Assembly: GCA_013416795.1 (NCBI GenBank)
Contig: RQSC01000062.1
Location: 13,117-77,116, forward strand
Reading direction: 5' to 3'
Length of the DNA stretch: 64,000 nucleotides
Source: Prasinococcaceae sp. CCMP 1430
Taxonomy: Eukaryota > Plantae > Prasinodermophyta
The notes beneath the pieces are model-generated. The model made no database searches and was not told the DNA's origin. It worked only from the letters and a program-made list of their open reading frames with translations. This document shows positions 12,701-24,065 of the stretch, piece after piece; within the stretch, counting starts at the first letter, position 1, and the number at the start of each line of letters is the position of its first letter. The position numbers were made by a program, and so were the translations under genes.

Positions 12701-15700
12701 TTGAAGTTGGCGCTCAGCGAGTAATTGTAGCTCGTTGCAGCCTGCAGGGACCTCACAGACTTCGTCGGGGGCGGTCGCGGAGCTGGGGTGCCGCGCATGA
12801 GCGGGTAGCCGTACCCCGGCAGGTCTTGGCTGGCCCACCATCTCTCTCCGAGGTCAAACAACGAGCGGATGACCCGGATGGCACTCAGCGGCACAGCCAC
12901 GTTGAGGTTGTCAACGGACAGTGAGTCGACCTGTGTGATCTGAAGCTCAGCGGGCACGTATGTGCGCGGGGCATCGTGAATCGGGTCCAGCTCGTCTTCG
13001 ATAGTGCCATGCTCTTCTTCGCCGTCCTCCTCGACCTCAAGGAGGCTTTCCTCATCGCTGTCGTGCTGGGCGCGCGCCGTTGCATAGCCTCCGAATTCCT
13101 GGTCGATCGTGCGGGCTGGGCTCGTCAGGGGGGGACTTCCAGGTGTCGACATGGCGGCATCAGCCGCTCCACGCCGCCGCCCACTCTTCGTGTCGATATA
13201 CGCCATCTTGTACTGTTGTTCGTAGATGACGGATGCAGGCTTGAGCAAGCGCACCCGGGAGCCCTTCTGTCTGACGCTGCCTGCGACATCATTGGCCAGT
13301 ACCTTGAACACGCACTCGCCGAAGCCACCGAAGCTATAGTTGATTGCAAAGCTGTTAGCAGTCAGCACGACACCCTCGTCCGCCTTGGCGCTGGGTTGCA
13401 CCGCGCATATGTCCTCGTGCCGGCCACCCTGCAGCGTCGGCCAGAACATGCGCATGAAGTCCGTGCACGAAAAGTTGAAGTACGTCCACGGCCGTGGCGT
13501 CGGCGGGTCCGTGGGCGGCTCCCGGGGCTGCCCCATCACGTACGAGCTGAACGTGCCCCCCAGCATCCAGAGCACCGGTGCGTCAAGGAAATACGGCCAG
13601 TACGTCTTGCAAGTGTGTGCGTTCAGGTGCATGACTGCATTCAGGCGCTTGCCAGTCATCACGTAGGTGAAGTTTGCGCCTGGCGTCTCGACTCGCGGAG
13701 ACTCAAAGATGATGGCAGCACTACTTTCCAGCGACTCCAGCTTCGTAAAGCACTCCCTCACGCCAGGTCGGAACCACGCCTCTGTCACCTGGCGTGGGAA
13801 GGATGCGCGCCCATGGTACGCGGGCGCGTACGCAGGGTCGTCGCTTCTGACCATCGGCGTCTGTCGGATCACGCCTGACCGTTCATCCCTGAGATCCCTG
13901 TCATTGATGACCACCGTATCGTCCAGCAGCACCAAGCGCTTCGTCGACACGGCGAGCTCCAGGAAATTGCAGCCGTCGCGTATCTGAGAGAAAGCGTATA
14001 CCTTGATCGATAGCTCTGCCCCCTCGAACTTGAAGGGGTACTGGGGCGGCGCCACGAGTGAGTCAATAAATGGCGAGCACTCGATTGCAGTATCGAGCAT
14101 CTGGCCGACGATGAGGCCGCGTACGAGCGGTAGCCGCAGGATGACATGCACCACAGGCGCAGTGCGCGCGCCGGTGTCAGCCTCGGGCGGGCTGCCAGGC
14201 GTTGCAAACGCCGACGAGGCCTGAAAGGCTTCGCCTGAAGCCGTGCCATACGCCGTGCTGTACGCGTCACTTTCGCTCACTCGGACGGCTTCGTCGGTGT
14301 CTGGGACACGAGCGGCCTCAGTTGCAGGCGACGGATGAATCTTGGTACGGAGCTCACTGCTCGCAGCGCCGGCACGCTCACGTGGCGCAGGGGATCCGAA
14401 TGCGTGCCAGTAGATGAGGGACATGAGCTGGTAAAACTGCCACTCTGCTATGTCAGCCTCCACCTCGGGTACGTCGATCACAACCTGTATGACACCACCG
14501 GGCAGGAGGAGGCCCAGCGTTGGGTTGATGGCGCGTATGCTCGTGGCAGCGAAACGCGCATCCCAGACGGACGCTGCCGAGTCTGCCCTCGACCGGGCGT
14601 GGCCCAGAGTCACGAGTGACGCCTGCGCGGCAAGCAGCGCACCCGGATAGCTCTCGAATGCTCCATCAGTCTCCGCACGAGACACGTCCACGTCGATGAG
14701 GAAGTCATGGAAAGAGAGGATGCACTCAGCGCCGGGTGGAGCCGGTACGATATCATCGCCGCAGACGAAGCACGGGACGTCCAGCAGCCGCACAGACAAC
14801 AGCCCGAAGTGTGCATGGGCCGTCACCGCGGCGACCGCTGTGGATGCAGCAGACGAAGTGGAGGTGTCCGTGGCCTCGTCGGCATCGCCCTGAGTGGCGC
14901 CTGAGGCAGCCGGCGATGTGCCGGTCGCGCGTCCACCACCGTCGGGGCGAGCCAACACAGGCAGCTTTGCCAGGGGAAGCAAGGCATTACGCGCCTCCTC
15001 AATGTCGCGGGCGATGTTCGAGATCAGACTGGTGTCCATCACGAAGCAAAAGTCTTCGCACTCGCTGGCGATGTCGACCACGCCCTTGGAGATGGAGGAG
15101 ACGTCCACGTCGACACTGCACTTGCCGGGCTGGCCATCCGATTGGCGAAGCGTAGAGCTAACTTGAGGAGGCGGACGCGGTCGGTCCACGTCGTCAGCGT
15201 CCTGCACCCCTCCAGCGGAAGCTTCAGCACTGCAGAAGTCGTCCAGTGTGAAGTTTGTTACCTGCAGGTGAATCGACACGTCATCTGCAAGCTTTTGGGA
15301 CACCACGGCAGCCAGCGCGAAATCGACCATCGCTAGAGGGTCACGACCCCCATCCAGCAGCCCCGCTTCTATCCTCTTGAGGTCGATGGTCATGCTGTGA
15401 AGCACTGGTGCACTTTCATTGCCGAGCACGCCGAGACCGCCATCCGCCTGGACGGGGACGCCGTCGGACCGGCTGCCGCCCTGCAAGGCAGCGCGTCCGT
15501 CTCCTGCGATCTGTGCTTCTGAGGAGTCAGACGACCCATCCAGGACCACGCAGAGCGCGTCTGTCACATCTGCGTTGCTGCAGTATTGATTGAGCGCCTT
15601 CTCGACGACGGTGGGGCTGAACAGCGCGCGCATCGCCGCCACGCGCACAGCCACGCGATACGGCGCACGATGCCCGCTGCGGCCTTTCCATGCCGCCAAC

Positions 15701-18700
15701 GAGAGGAATGGTTGAGGCTCCTTCTCGCGGACCCGTGAGGTGAAGTGACCCCCGCGCGTAATCTGTGTGTAGTCTCCACCGTCTCCAGCAGCTTGACGAT
15801 CACCGAAGCCCTTCTCGGAGCCGAAGAGCACGCAGTGTGCAGGCACACTGAACCCCGCCGGCACGTCTGGCTCGGGTCCCGCCAGGAACGAATCTGTCTC
15901 CAGATCTGCCGCGCATGATTCGCGCACCACGGCCTGTGCGGCCATCCGCGCCCGTCCCCACATGCTGCGTCTCGCGGCGTCTTCGTCCACAACGGCAAGT
16001 GCCCGCACGCGGACGTCTGCCTCCAGTGCGTTCGCCTTGCTCGCAGTGGTGACGCACGCCGCAACATCTTGCGTGAGAAATGTGACCAGCGCCAAGTTAT
16101 CCGTGGAGTGCAATGCACTGACAGAAGTGCATGCAACCTCGAAGGATACTGCCGTCGGCAAGGCCGCCGCCACGACACTGAGCTGCTGCTCATTTGTCGC
16201 TCTACTCGTGTCCGTTGCCGCTGTGCGCAGCCGCGTTGCAGCGTTCCCAGCGGCGGCCGCTTGAACTGTCGCAACCGCCTTGTCCGCCGCGTCCTTGAAG
16301 GGCTTGAGAAGGAGGAGGGTCCCCGCCACAGTTTGCGGCCGCAGATGCACTTCAACGTTTGGCATGCGCACCACCAGCGCACGAGAGACAATTGGATGCT
16401 GCCCAGGACGCACGGCGACTGCCATCGTATTCTGGGCGAACCCAGCGTCGATGATACAAGGCATGAGCAACGGGATCTCCACAAGCTCGCAACCACGTCC
16501 CCCTCCTGGGCTGCGGGTGGGCGCAAAGGGCCTCGCACCCCCGATGGCCTGCTGTCGGCGGCGTCCAGCAAAAAGCGGTGACGAAATCGCGGGACTCTTG
16601 GACTCCTCGTGGGCGAAGACATCAGGTGGGTGCGATGCCATATGAAGGGTAATGGAGAAGCCCGCGCGCACGCGATAAATTTGCCACGGGTGGTCGTCTG
16701 ACGAAGGGCTAGAGGTTTCGTCGATCTCCAACACAACAGGGAGGGCAACCGCCGAAAAGCCCTCGAAAGCAGGAAGCAGGACAAGGCCTGCGTCGTCGCT
16801 GACAGTCGTAGACACATCGCTGGCCGCGTCGCCGTTGAGGTCACCAGCCATCCCGGACGAGCACAGAAGGCTCCTGGCAGCGAGCCCGCGCCCTCCACGA
16901 AAGGCGCACGCGGACGCACACAGGTGCACTGAAGGCGAAGCAGGGGCGGGCTTTTCTGCCGCATAGCCTTTCTTTCCTCCATCTTCTGGAGTGCTGCCCG
17001 CCTCGTCGGCAGCGCTGTCGAGGATGCCTTCTACGACGAGTTCTGCTCCGCCGAGTCGCACGTCGATTGCAGTCTCGGGAAGCACGGGCTCGGAGAAGCC
17101 CGCCAGCCGGTCAGGGTCGCCTGGGCGCAGTCTGGCGATGAGATTCGGAAAAGCATAACCTACCTCGTCATCGCCCAGAGTGACAATGGTGGCAAGCACG
17201 CGGTGATCTGTCGGCTCACTCACTGCCGTATAGGCCGCATCGCCTGGGGCGGCTCTCCTCCCTGCATCTGATGTCATCGCGGGTGCGTCGCCACCGAAGC
17301 TCCCGACAATGTCTCGTCGCGACTGCGTGAGCCCGCGACCACGGCCGGCGCGCATGGCAGCCAGCATTTCCCGCCACGAGGCACCGACTGGCGAGTCGAA
17401 AGGCGGCGCAATCGCCACGCTCGCCTGACCGGCCACGGATCCAAGCTCGCCAGCCTGCCCGAAGGCGCGGGGCGTCAGGTGCGCGTGCATCGGCGCGAGC
17501 TCGACGGTCAGATGAGAACTAGTCCTGCTCGAGTGCATGGAGACAAAAAGGAAGCGCTCGCGCATCGCACGAGGCGTGGTTGGCGTCGAGCCGCGCCGTG
17601 GTGCCATGCGCGCCGCACGGCCGCCGCCAACGTGCGCCCAGTCGATGAGAGTATCCCGCTCGAACATGGCGACCGCCGAACGCACGTGGTGGTGCATGCA
17701 AGCGGTGTCCCCCGCCTCCATCAGCGTGTTGGGCTCGCCCACAGGGATGGCAGCATCACCGCGGTGCATCTGTGAAACGCGGCGTTGCTCCAGGCGCAGA
17801 CACCCAACAGCAGCAACGCCTTTGTGCACAAAACCATCCATCCGGCCGACCTCCCAACGTAGACCGAGCCCGCCCAGCGTCAAAACGAGGGCAGAGTTTG
17901 TCCGGCCTTGGCGCCACGCATTCATCGCAGCACGCAGGGGCCTATTCGCATCGCCCAGCCCGTGCACGGCGACATCGGTGGCGTTTGTGAAAAGGTGCAC
18001 GTCAACCCGAGCGCACTCGATGGCCACATGCACGAGGGCCCCTGCAGCCTCGTCGGCTTCTCGATACCATTCGACCGCCTTGGTGGCCTGGCCGGCGCGC
18101 CCATGTGCCATCGCACGCGTGAAATCTTTCGCCATGACGTTTCCCGCGTGCGCGCGCCTCCCCAAGCGCGTCGCGAATCTGGATACCAGCCAGTCGAGCC
18201 TCCGGCGAGAGGCGCGTTCGCGTCGATCCAAGGCCAAGCAACGAAGGATGATCACCTCCTCCAAGGAGTAAACAGGTCCGTTCCACAAGAAGCAGTCCCA
18301 TCCCAACTTTCCCCGGTCAAGCTGGCGCAGGTACTCGGCCATGTACTCCTCTTGGTCGGTGAGAGGGAGCAGATCGCTCGCACGGGATGGCGAACGACCC
18401 TCCCTGCGGTACCTCGCCAGAAGCGTCTCCATCGCGGAGTCGATCGTTCGAGTGGCTCGCGCAATCAGGGATGTAGAGCGCCCCCACGAGCCATCGGGCG
18501 TGCGTCCGAGCAAGCGGACAAGTCGCGCTTCCAGCCTTGCCTGGCACGCCTCTTGGCGCACCGCCCGAATCGCCATCTGCGCCGCCCAGCGCCACCATTC
18601 CGCCGGGCGCTCGAGCACACTCCTCTTCGGGCGCAGCGCTTTGACCTTGACGGCGAAGTCGGTGACGGAGTAGTACGAGAGCACTCCCATGAGAACGAGA

Positions 18701-20003
18701 AGCTTGGTGCTTGTGATGGTCACCTTTGCGGCCTGCAAACTCGCAGCGATGGCCACCTCTGGCGGCTTGATCTCGCGGCCCTGGCCTTCCCACGTACTGG
18801 AATTGTACGCGGCAAACAGGTCATCGATGCTGCGCCCGGCACGCGCGCTCGCAAAGCGTGCATCGATAGCACCCTTCCAGCGGTGGAGGATGCGGTCGCC
18901 GATCTCGAATGGGCTGGTCCTATCGGATTGCACGCCCATGCGCGACGCCAGAACGACGCCCTCGAATGCGAAACGCTTGAAGCAGCTCACGTTGGCAGCG
19001 GAGTGCGTTCCCTTCAATCGCTCACGCGCGGGTCCAGCCGGCGCGTCGAGCTCATCGACGTCCCTCAGCCGCACCATGTCAGCGGATAACAAAATCTGCT
19101 CCTCTGTGAGCCCACCTGTGCGCTCCCGAGCCGTCGGGGTGACCTCGTGCACGTAGAGCACGGTGCTGTCCTCGAGCACCACGTCCAGCGGCCCCAGAGC
19201 GCGCGCAGCCATGCGCACGACTTCACGCTGCCGTTCAATAGGCCCTGCCGAAGCGTCTCCCACGAGGCTCATGTCCAGAAAGGCGAGCGCGTCGGCGCGC
19301 GAGGAGTCGAAGCCCGCGCAGCCAGCACAAAAGTCCGCTGAAGGGCGCAGGACAAGCCGCGCCCCGACTGTGCGCACTCGGGCACGCCGAACCGCAGCGC
19401 GGAGCTTCAACGGCTGCAGTTGCACGGCCACATCCGCGCGAAGCTCACGTGCGTAAACCTCAGCAAGCTCGATCGGCCCGAGCACCACGGCGGCCATCGG
19501 CTTCCGCGCGGCCTCGAGCGCGGCAACGCCACGCAACACGACCTCGGCGCGCAGCACAGGCCCTCCGCGTGCAAGCGGGCGCACTTGCACGATGATGGCA
19601 CGGGCAATAGTGTCGCGTGCAGTCGCGGCGGCGGCGCAGCGCGAACGTCCATGTCAGCGGCGCTGTCTTCTCCCTGGGGGTGGGATGGTGGGTACCAAGG
19701 CCCAGACGCACGTCTACGCTGCGCTTCATTGGGCAAAGTCTGCATACGCGCGCGCCTACCATTGAAGCGCAGAGACACGCTAGCACCACCAGACTCCTCC
19801 TCGAGCCCGAAGGCGCGCAGGAGAAGTCCAATGCCATATGAAAGTGCCTGCCCGCCATACGCCCACAGCGCGGCGCAAGCCAGGGCCGCAATCGTCAGAG
19901 CCCACACCAACTTGGCGCATGGGAGCGAGCTCGGCGTCACGAAGGTCACAGCGCCAGCGAAGGTGTCGGACACGACCGGCACAACGCCCGGTGGCTGCAG
20001 CAT
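3710..20003 (-). CDS. VPS13: VPS13-family bridge-like lipid transfer protein, ~5,205 aa
   Basis: Exons 20003-19760, 19583-12664, 12505-10660, 10449-10033 and 9900-3710 are phase-compatible and total 15,618 nt. Motifs include a chorein-N-like start, RPKRSVLERPAEWWRWA (VPS13 N-terminal signature), FNTTREALEPVLEPW, VAB/SHR-BD repeats (YAPYWVLNMTGLPL; LSPYIIVSNRS), two C2 domains, a DLQIDNQL..P APT1 region, an ATG_C-like Gly-rich amphipathic segment and a C-terminal PH-like fold. Further in-frame introns cannot be excluded. Confidence 0.93.
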
Positions 20004-20238
20004 CGTCGCTGACCGGAGCGGCGCGGCGGTCCGAGCACAGCCCGCGTGCCGCGCTCGCCCCGCCGCGCGCCCGCCCACAACACGTCAGAGATCCCGATGC
20101 GCTTCGAGCCGGACCGACCCGGCGCGCACGGTACACCCGCTCCGGCGGCCGGCTGTACGCGTGGAAAAGGGGAGGGGGGGTGGGTGGGCAGGAGCGCCGC
20201 GCGCGCCCGCGCTATGTGGCTCGCCCGCGCGCCAGCTG

Positions 20239-20659
20239 CTACCGCTCCCGAGGGCGCGCGCGCCCCGCGCGCCAACATCCCGCGCGAGACAGCGACGCGT
20301 GACGCCACCCAACAAAATCAACCACGGGCGACTCTTGATCGAAATGCACGTGCCACATGGCAACATGCCTGTGGCCGAGCAGTTGCAGAGTGCCCTGAAA
20401 ATGAAAATGGCATTCAGACATTGATTGACACGGCGGATTGGCATTGGTGTCAGCCGGCGGGTGCTCATCAGACCACCCCCACTTTCAGGCGGCCCAGCGC
20501 CAGCCAGCCAGCCGCGGCTGTTGCGTGTTGGCTGTTGGAGCAGGCGCGCTGCGCTGCGCCCTGCACGAAAGCGAAGCTGAAAAACACGTCGTCTTTGGCG
20601 GTGTGCCTGTGCCCCTCGTTCATTTCCTCCGCGTTAAGGGCGGTGAAGGGCCCGTCCAT
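20239..20659 (-). CDS. Candidate small spliced ORF (~110 aa) or uORF in the VPS13 leader
   Basis: ATG at 20659. Exons 20659-20483 and 20394-20239 join in frame through an 88-nt intron with a GCTGAC branch and a strong ATTTTCATTTTCAG acceptor. The donor (GTGGGG) is weak and I recognise no domain. Confidence 0.3.
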
Positions 20660-20779
20660 CCACCCGGGAACGCCGGGGCGCGCCGGGGCGCGCCCGGCGA
20701 ATTTTGCGGCCGCGCGCACACGGCGGCGCCACAACCGGCGCGGCTGGCGGCCGCATAGGCGAGCTTTGGGGGCGCAGCC

Positions 20780-22534
20780 ATGGCGGGATCGCCATGGGAC
20801 ATCGGCCGGGCACTGCAGCGCCGCTGTCGTCCGAAGTTGACGTTGGCTGCTTGGGCAGCGCTCGCTGGAGCGCTGCTTGCGGCGATCGTCGCCTGCGCGG
20901 CCGCTCTGTCCGAGCAGGCGCCCCCCATCAACGGCACGCTATTCGACGGGAACAATGCCGCCGTGGACGTGGTGACCACGGGCACCCGCACTGCGGGCGC
21001 ACTCCTTGCCGCGGCCGCGCTGTGGTCGATGGGGAGCGCCGTCCGCCGCAGGCGCGAGGCTGCGGCGACGTTGCCTGGCGACCGTGCCACGTCGGCTGGC
21101 GCGTTCGCGCTGGGCATTAAGGCGCTGACCGAGATGGTCAAGGACCCGGACGCATTCTGGGAGCGCCAGCGCGAGCTTGCCTTCTCCACGCCCGCCGGTC
21201 TGAGCTGGAATGTGCTCACCGGCGCTCTGTGCTTGTTCGCCTCCAACGCAGAGGTGATCACGGAGGTGCTCAAGCGCAGCAACGGCAAGGACTTCAAGAT
21301 GGTCCTGCACCCGAACGCCAACATTATCCTGGGAAAGCAGAACATTGCGTTCATGCACGGCGCCGCGCACAAGGCGCTGCGCGCGTCATTCCTGCCCCTC
21401 TTCACAAAGCGCGCCCTGGGGATGTACCTGCCGCTCCAGCAGCGCGTCATCGAGCGCCACCTGAGCCGCTGGGTGGAGCTGTCCTCCGAGAGGGCCTCGG
21501 CGGCCGGCGCGAAAGTCGGCCGTGGCGGCGGCGCCGATGGCGGCGACGAGCTCTACATTGAGGCGCGCGAGTTGTGCAGGGACATGAATCTTGAGACCAG
21601 CCAGCGGGTCTTCCTCGGACCGCGCCTCGCCGCGGCTGACGTCGAGGGCTTCAACGTGGCCTACTTTCGCATGGTCGAGGCCTTCCTCTCCCTCCCCCTT
21701 TTCTTTCCCGGAACGGCACTCTGGCGCGGCTGGCGCGGCCGACACCACGTGCTGGCTGTGCTGCGCAAGTGCGCGCGCGCGGCCTTCGAGGCGCACGGCC
21801 GCGGAGAGCAGCCAGAGTGCCTGTTGGATCTTTGGGTCGCGCGCGTGGTCGCCGACATGGATGAGGCGCGCGCCGAAGGCCGCGCCGCACCCGGCTATGC
21901 CAACGTGGACGCCGTGGCCGACAGCTGCATGGACTTTCTGTTCGCGAGCCAGGACGCGAGTACCGCGAGTCTCACTTGGGCCGTCGCGCACGTGGCCGAC
22001 AAGCCCGACATGGCTGAGCGAGTGCGCGCGGAGGCGACGACGCTCCTAGCGGACGGCAAGGAGCTCACGTACGAGGGCGTGGCGTCGCTCGCGTACACTT
22101 GGTGCGTGGTGAAGGAGATCTTGCGTTTCCGCCCGCCTGCAACCATGGTGCCGCAGGTCTCCTCCGAGGACGTCAAGCTGAAAACAGCCAGCGCAGGAGG
22201 TTTCGTGATTCGCAAGGGCACGCTGGTGATGCCGTCCATCTACGCTGCCAGCAAGCAAGGCTTCACCAACCCGGAGATCTTCGACCCCGACCGCATGGGA
22301 CCCGAGCGCCGCGAGGACCTCGAGTTCAAGAGCAACTTCGTCCCCTTCGGAGTGGGGCCGCACATGTGTGTGGGATATCAGTACGCAATGCAGCAACTCG
22401 TGGTGTTCGTGGCAATGCTCTGCGTCAAGACGGACATCAGCCGGCGCCGCACGCCGCGCTCGGACGATGTTCTGTACTACCCGACGATATACCCATGGGA
22501 TTGCCTTACGACCTTCTCCTCGAGGGAGCCGTAG
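20780..22534 (+). CDS. CYP710: Cytochrome P450 CYP710-type sterol C-22 desaturase
   Basis: Intronless 584-aa ORF with N-terminal hydrophobic anchors. CYP710/CYP61 motifs: LGKQNIAFMHG, I-helix MDFLFASQDASTASLTW, ExxR (KEILRFRPPATMVP), FDPDR, and heme loop PFGVGPHMCVG. Confidence 0.93.
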   Translation: MAGSPWDIGRALQRRCRPKLTLAAWAALAGALLAAIVACAAALSEQAPPINGTLFDGNNAAVDVVTTGTRTAGALLAAAALWSMGSAVRRRREAAATLPGDRATSAGAFALGIKALTEMVKDPDAFWERQRELAFSTPAGLSWNVLTGALCLFASNAEVITEVLKRSNGKDFKMVLHPNANIILGKQNIAFMHGAAHKALRASFLPLFTKRALGMYLPLQQRVIERHLSRWVELSSERASAAGAKVGRGGGADGGDELYIEARELCRDMNLETSQRVFLGPRLAAADVEGFNVAYFRMVEAFLSLPLFFPGTALWRGWRGRHHVLAVLRKCARAAFEAHGRGEQPECLLDLWVARVVADMDEARAEGRAAPGYANVDAVADSCMDFLFASQDASTASLTWAVAHVADKPDMAERVRAEATTLLADGKELTYEGVASLAYTWCVVKEILRFRPPATMVPQVSSEDVKLKTASAGGFVIRKGTLVMPSIYAASKQGFTNPEIFDPDRMGPERREDLEFKSNFVPFGVGPHMCVGYQYAMQQLVVFVAMLCVKTDISRRRTPRSDDVLYYPTIYPWDCLTTFSSREP

Positions 22535-23417
22535 CTCTTGGACCTGCTGGCAGCATCCCGCAGCATGCTTGGCAGCAGCGCGCACCATCATTGTAGTTGT
22601 TAGCGCCGAGATATAAGATATGAGGCAGCACAAGCAAGCATGTGCGTCGCTACACGCCTCCGTGGACGGCCGACGCCGCGGACTGCCCGCTGCGGGCCGG
22701 TGTGCGGCAGCTTTGCCAATCTCTTCGGCGAAGCGCAGCGCTCACCCGTTTGCAAGGACAAGGTGCACTCGTGTCTCGGGCGGCGCATGCTTCTCTTCCC
22801 GCCAAGTCCCGAGCCGTTGTCCTCCTTTTTTTTTTTTTTAAATCATCGTGACGCAGCACCCTTCATGTGCCATATCTGTCGCGCTGGCACGATAGTCTCG
22901 CGCGGATAGGCGCACCCGCGCGCTGTGAGCGGTTTTTTTTCCCCGCAGAAGAGACGGACCCCACTTGAGGCAACCGCGTTTTTACACGTCAAAATACAAT
23001 GTTTTGGCAATTCCCAATGCGCTTTTTGTACGGGGCGCTGCCAAATCGTTTCCGCCTTTTTGGCGGGGTGGGCGTGTGTGGCACCACAGAGCGCGCGCGC
23101 GCGCGCGCTCTCGGGGCGCGCGGGGTGTTCCCCGCGCAGCGCGGGGAGGCGGTCCCAGGGGAAGGCGGAGGTGTGGCAAGGGGGAGGTTCGCGCGCGGCG
23201 CGAGAGATGGCGGCGGCCGCGTCGGCGGCCGCGTCGCGCGCGGCGCGCAGTGGAGGAACACACACACATCCCAACCCAACTCAGCCCTCCAGCGCGCGCG
23301 CGTGCGCGCCGCTCGCTCTCGCTGCGCACTCCCCGCACGCCACCCACCCACCCACCCACCGACGCGCAATCACCGTCTGACGCGCGGTGCGGCCGCTGAA
23401 CGCGTCGACCAACGAAG

Positions 23418-23986
23418 CTCCCGCCCAATTCGAGCGATGAGGAGGAGGACGAGGCCCCCGTGCGCCGCAACGTGGGCATGCTGCCGCCAAACAGCAGCGA
23501 CGAGGAGGACGAGGCGTCGCAGGCGCGCCGCGGCGCGGCGCGCCTCCCGTGGCGGTGCCGGTGCAGCACAGCGCCACGTTCATGGTGGCCCGCCGACGCG
23601 GCGAGGTCGACGAGGACGGAGAGGGCGCGGCTTCGCCCACGTCCTTCGTCGACGCGGCGGGCAGTGGTGGCGAAAGGGCGAAGCGCGGCACAGATGACGA
23701 CGGCGGACCACTCAGCCAGGCGGCGCTCCGCTCGCTGGACTCCACGCTGGATTCAGTGGAGACGCGGGGGCCCTCGCGCGCGGAAGAGCTCGCGGCCGAA
23801 GCTGCGTGGAACGCCGGGGAAAAGGCGCGAGAGTTCGTCTCGGACCCGGACGTGCAGGACGCAGCGAAGACGGTCGCCGCTGGGGCCGCCAAGGCGGCCG
23901 CGTGGGGGGCGAAGGAGGGCGGGAAGCTGGCCTTTCGAGCCGCGACCTTTGCCGCGAAGCAGGCAGCCAAGAAGGATGGCAAGTGA
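23418..23986 (+). CDS. Hypothetical acidic/amphipathic protein; gene model unresolved
   Basis: 23418-23522 encodes LPPNSSDEEEDEA..GMLPPNSSDEEDEASQ. A different frame (to TGA at 23986) encodes an acidic segment and an Ala/Lys amphipathic helix (AKTVAAGAAKAAAWGAKEGGKLAF). Joining them needs a non-canonical splice or a frameshift. Confidence 0.45.
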
Positions 23987-24065
23987 GTTGCGCAAGTGAG
24001 TTGCGACTGCGCGCAGCATGCCGCGATGCGCACGCCGTCCTTGCCCCTTCGCTTGTAAGAATTTT

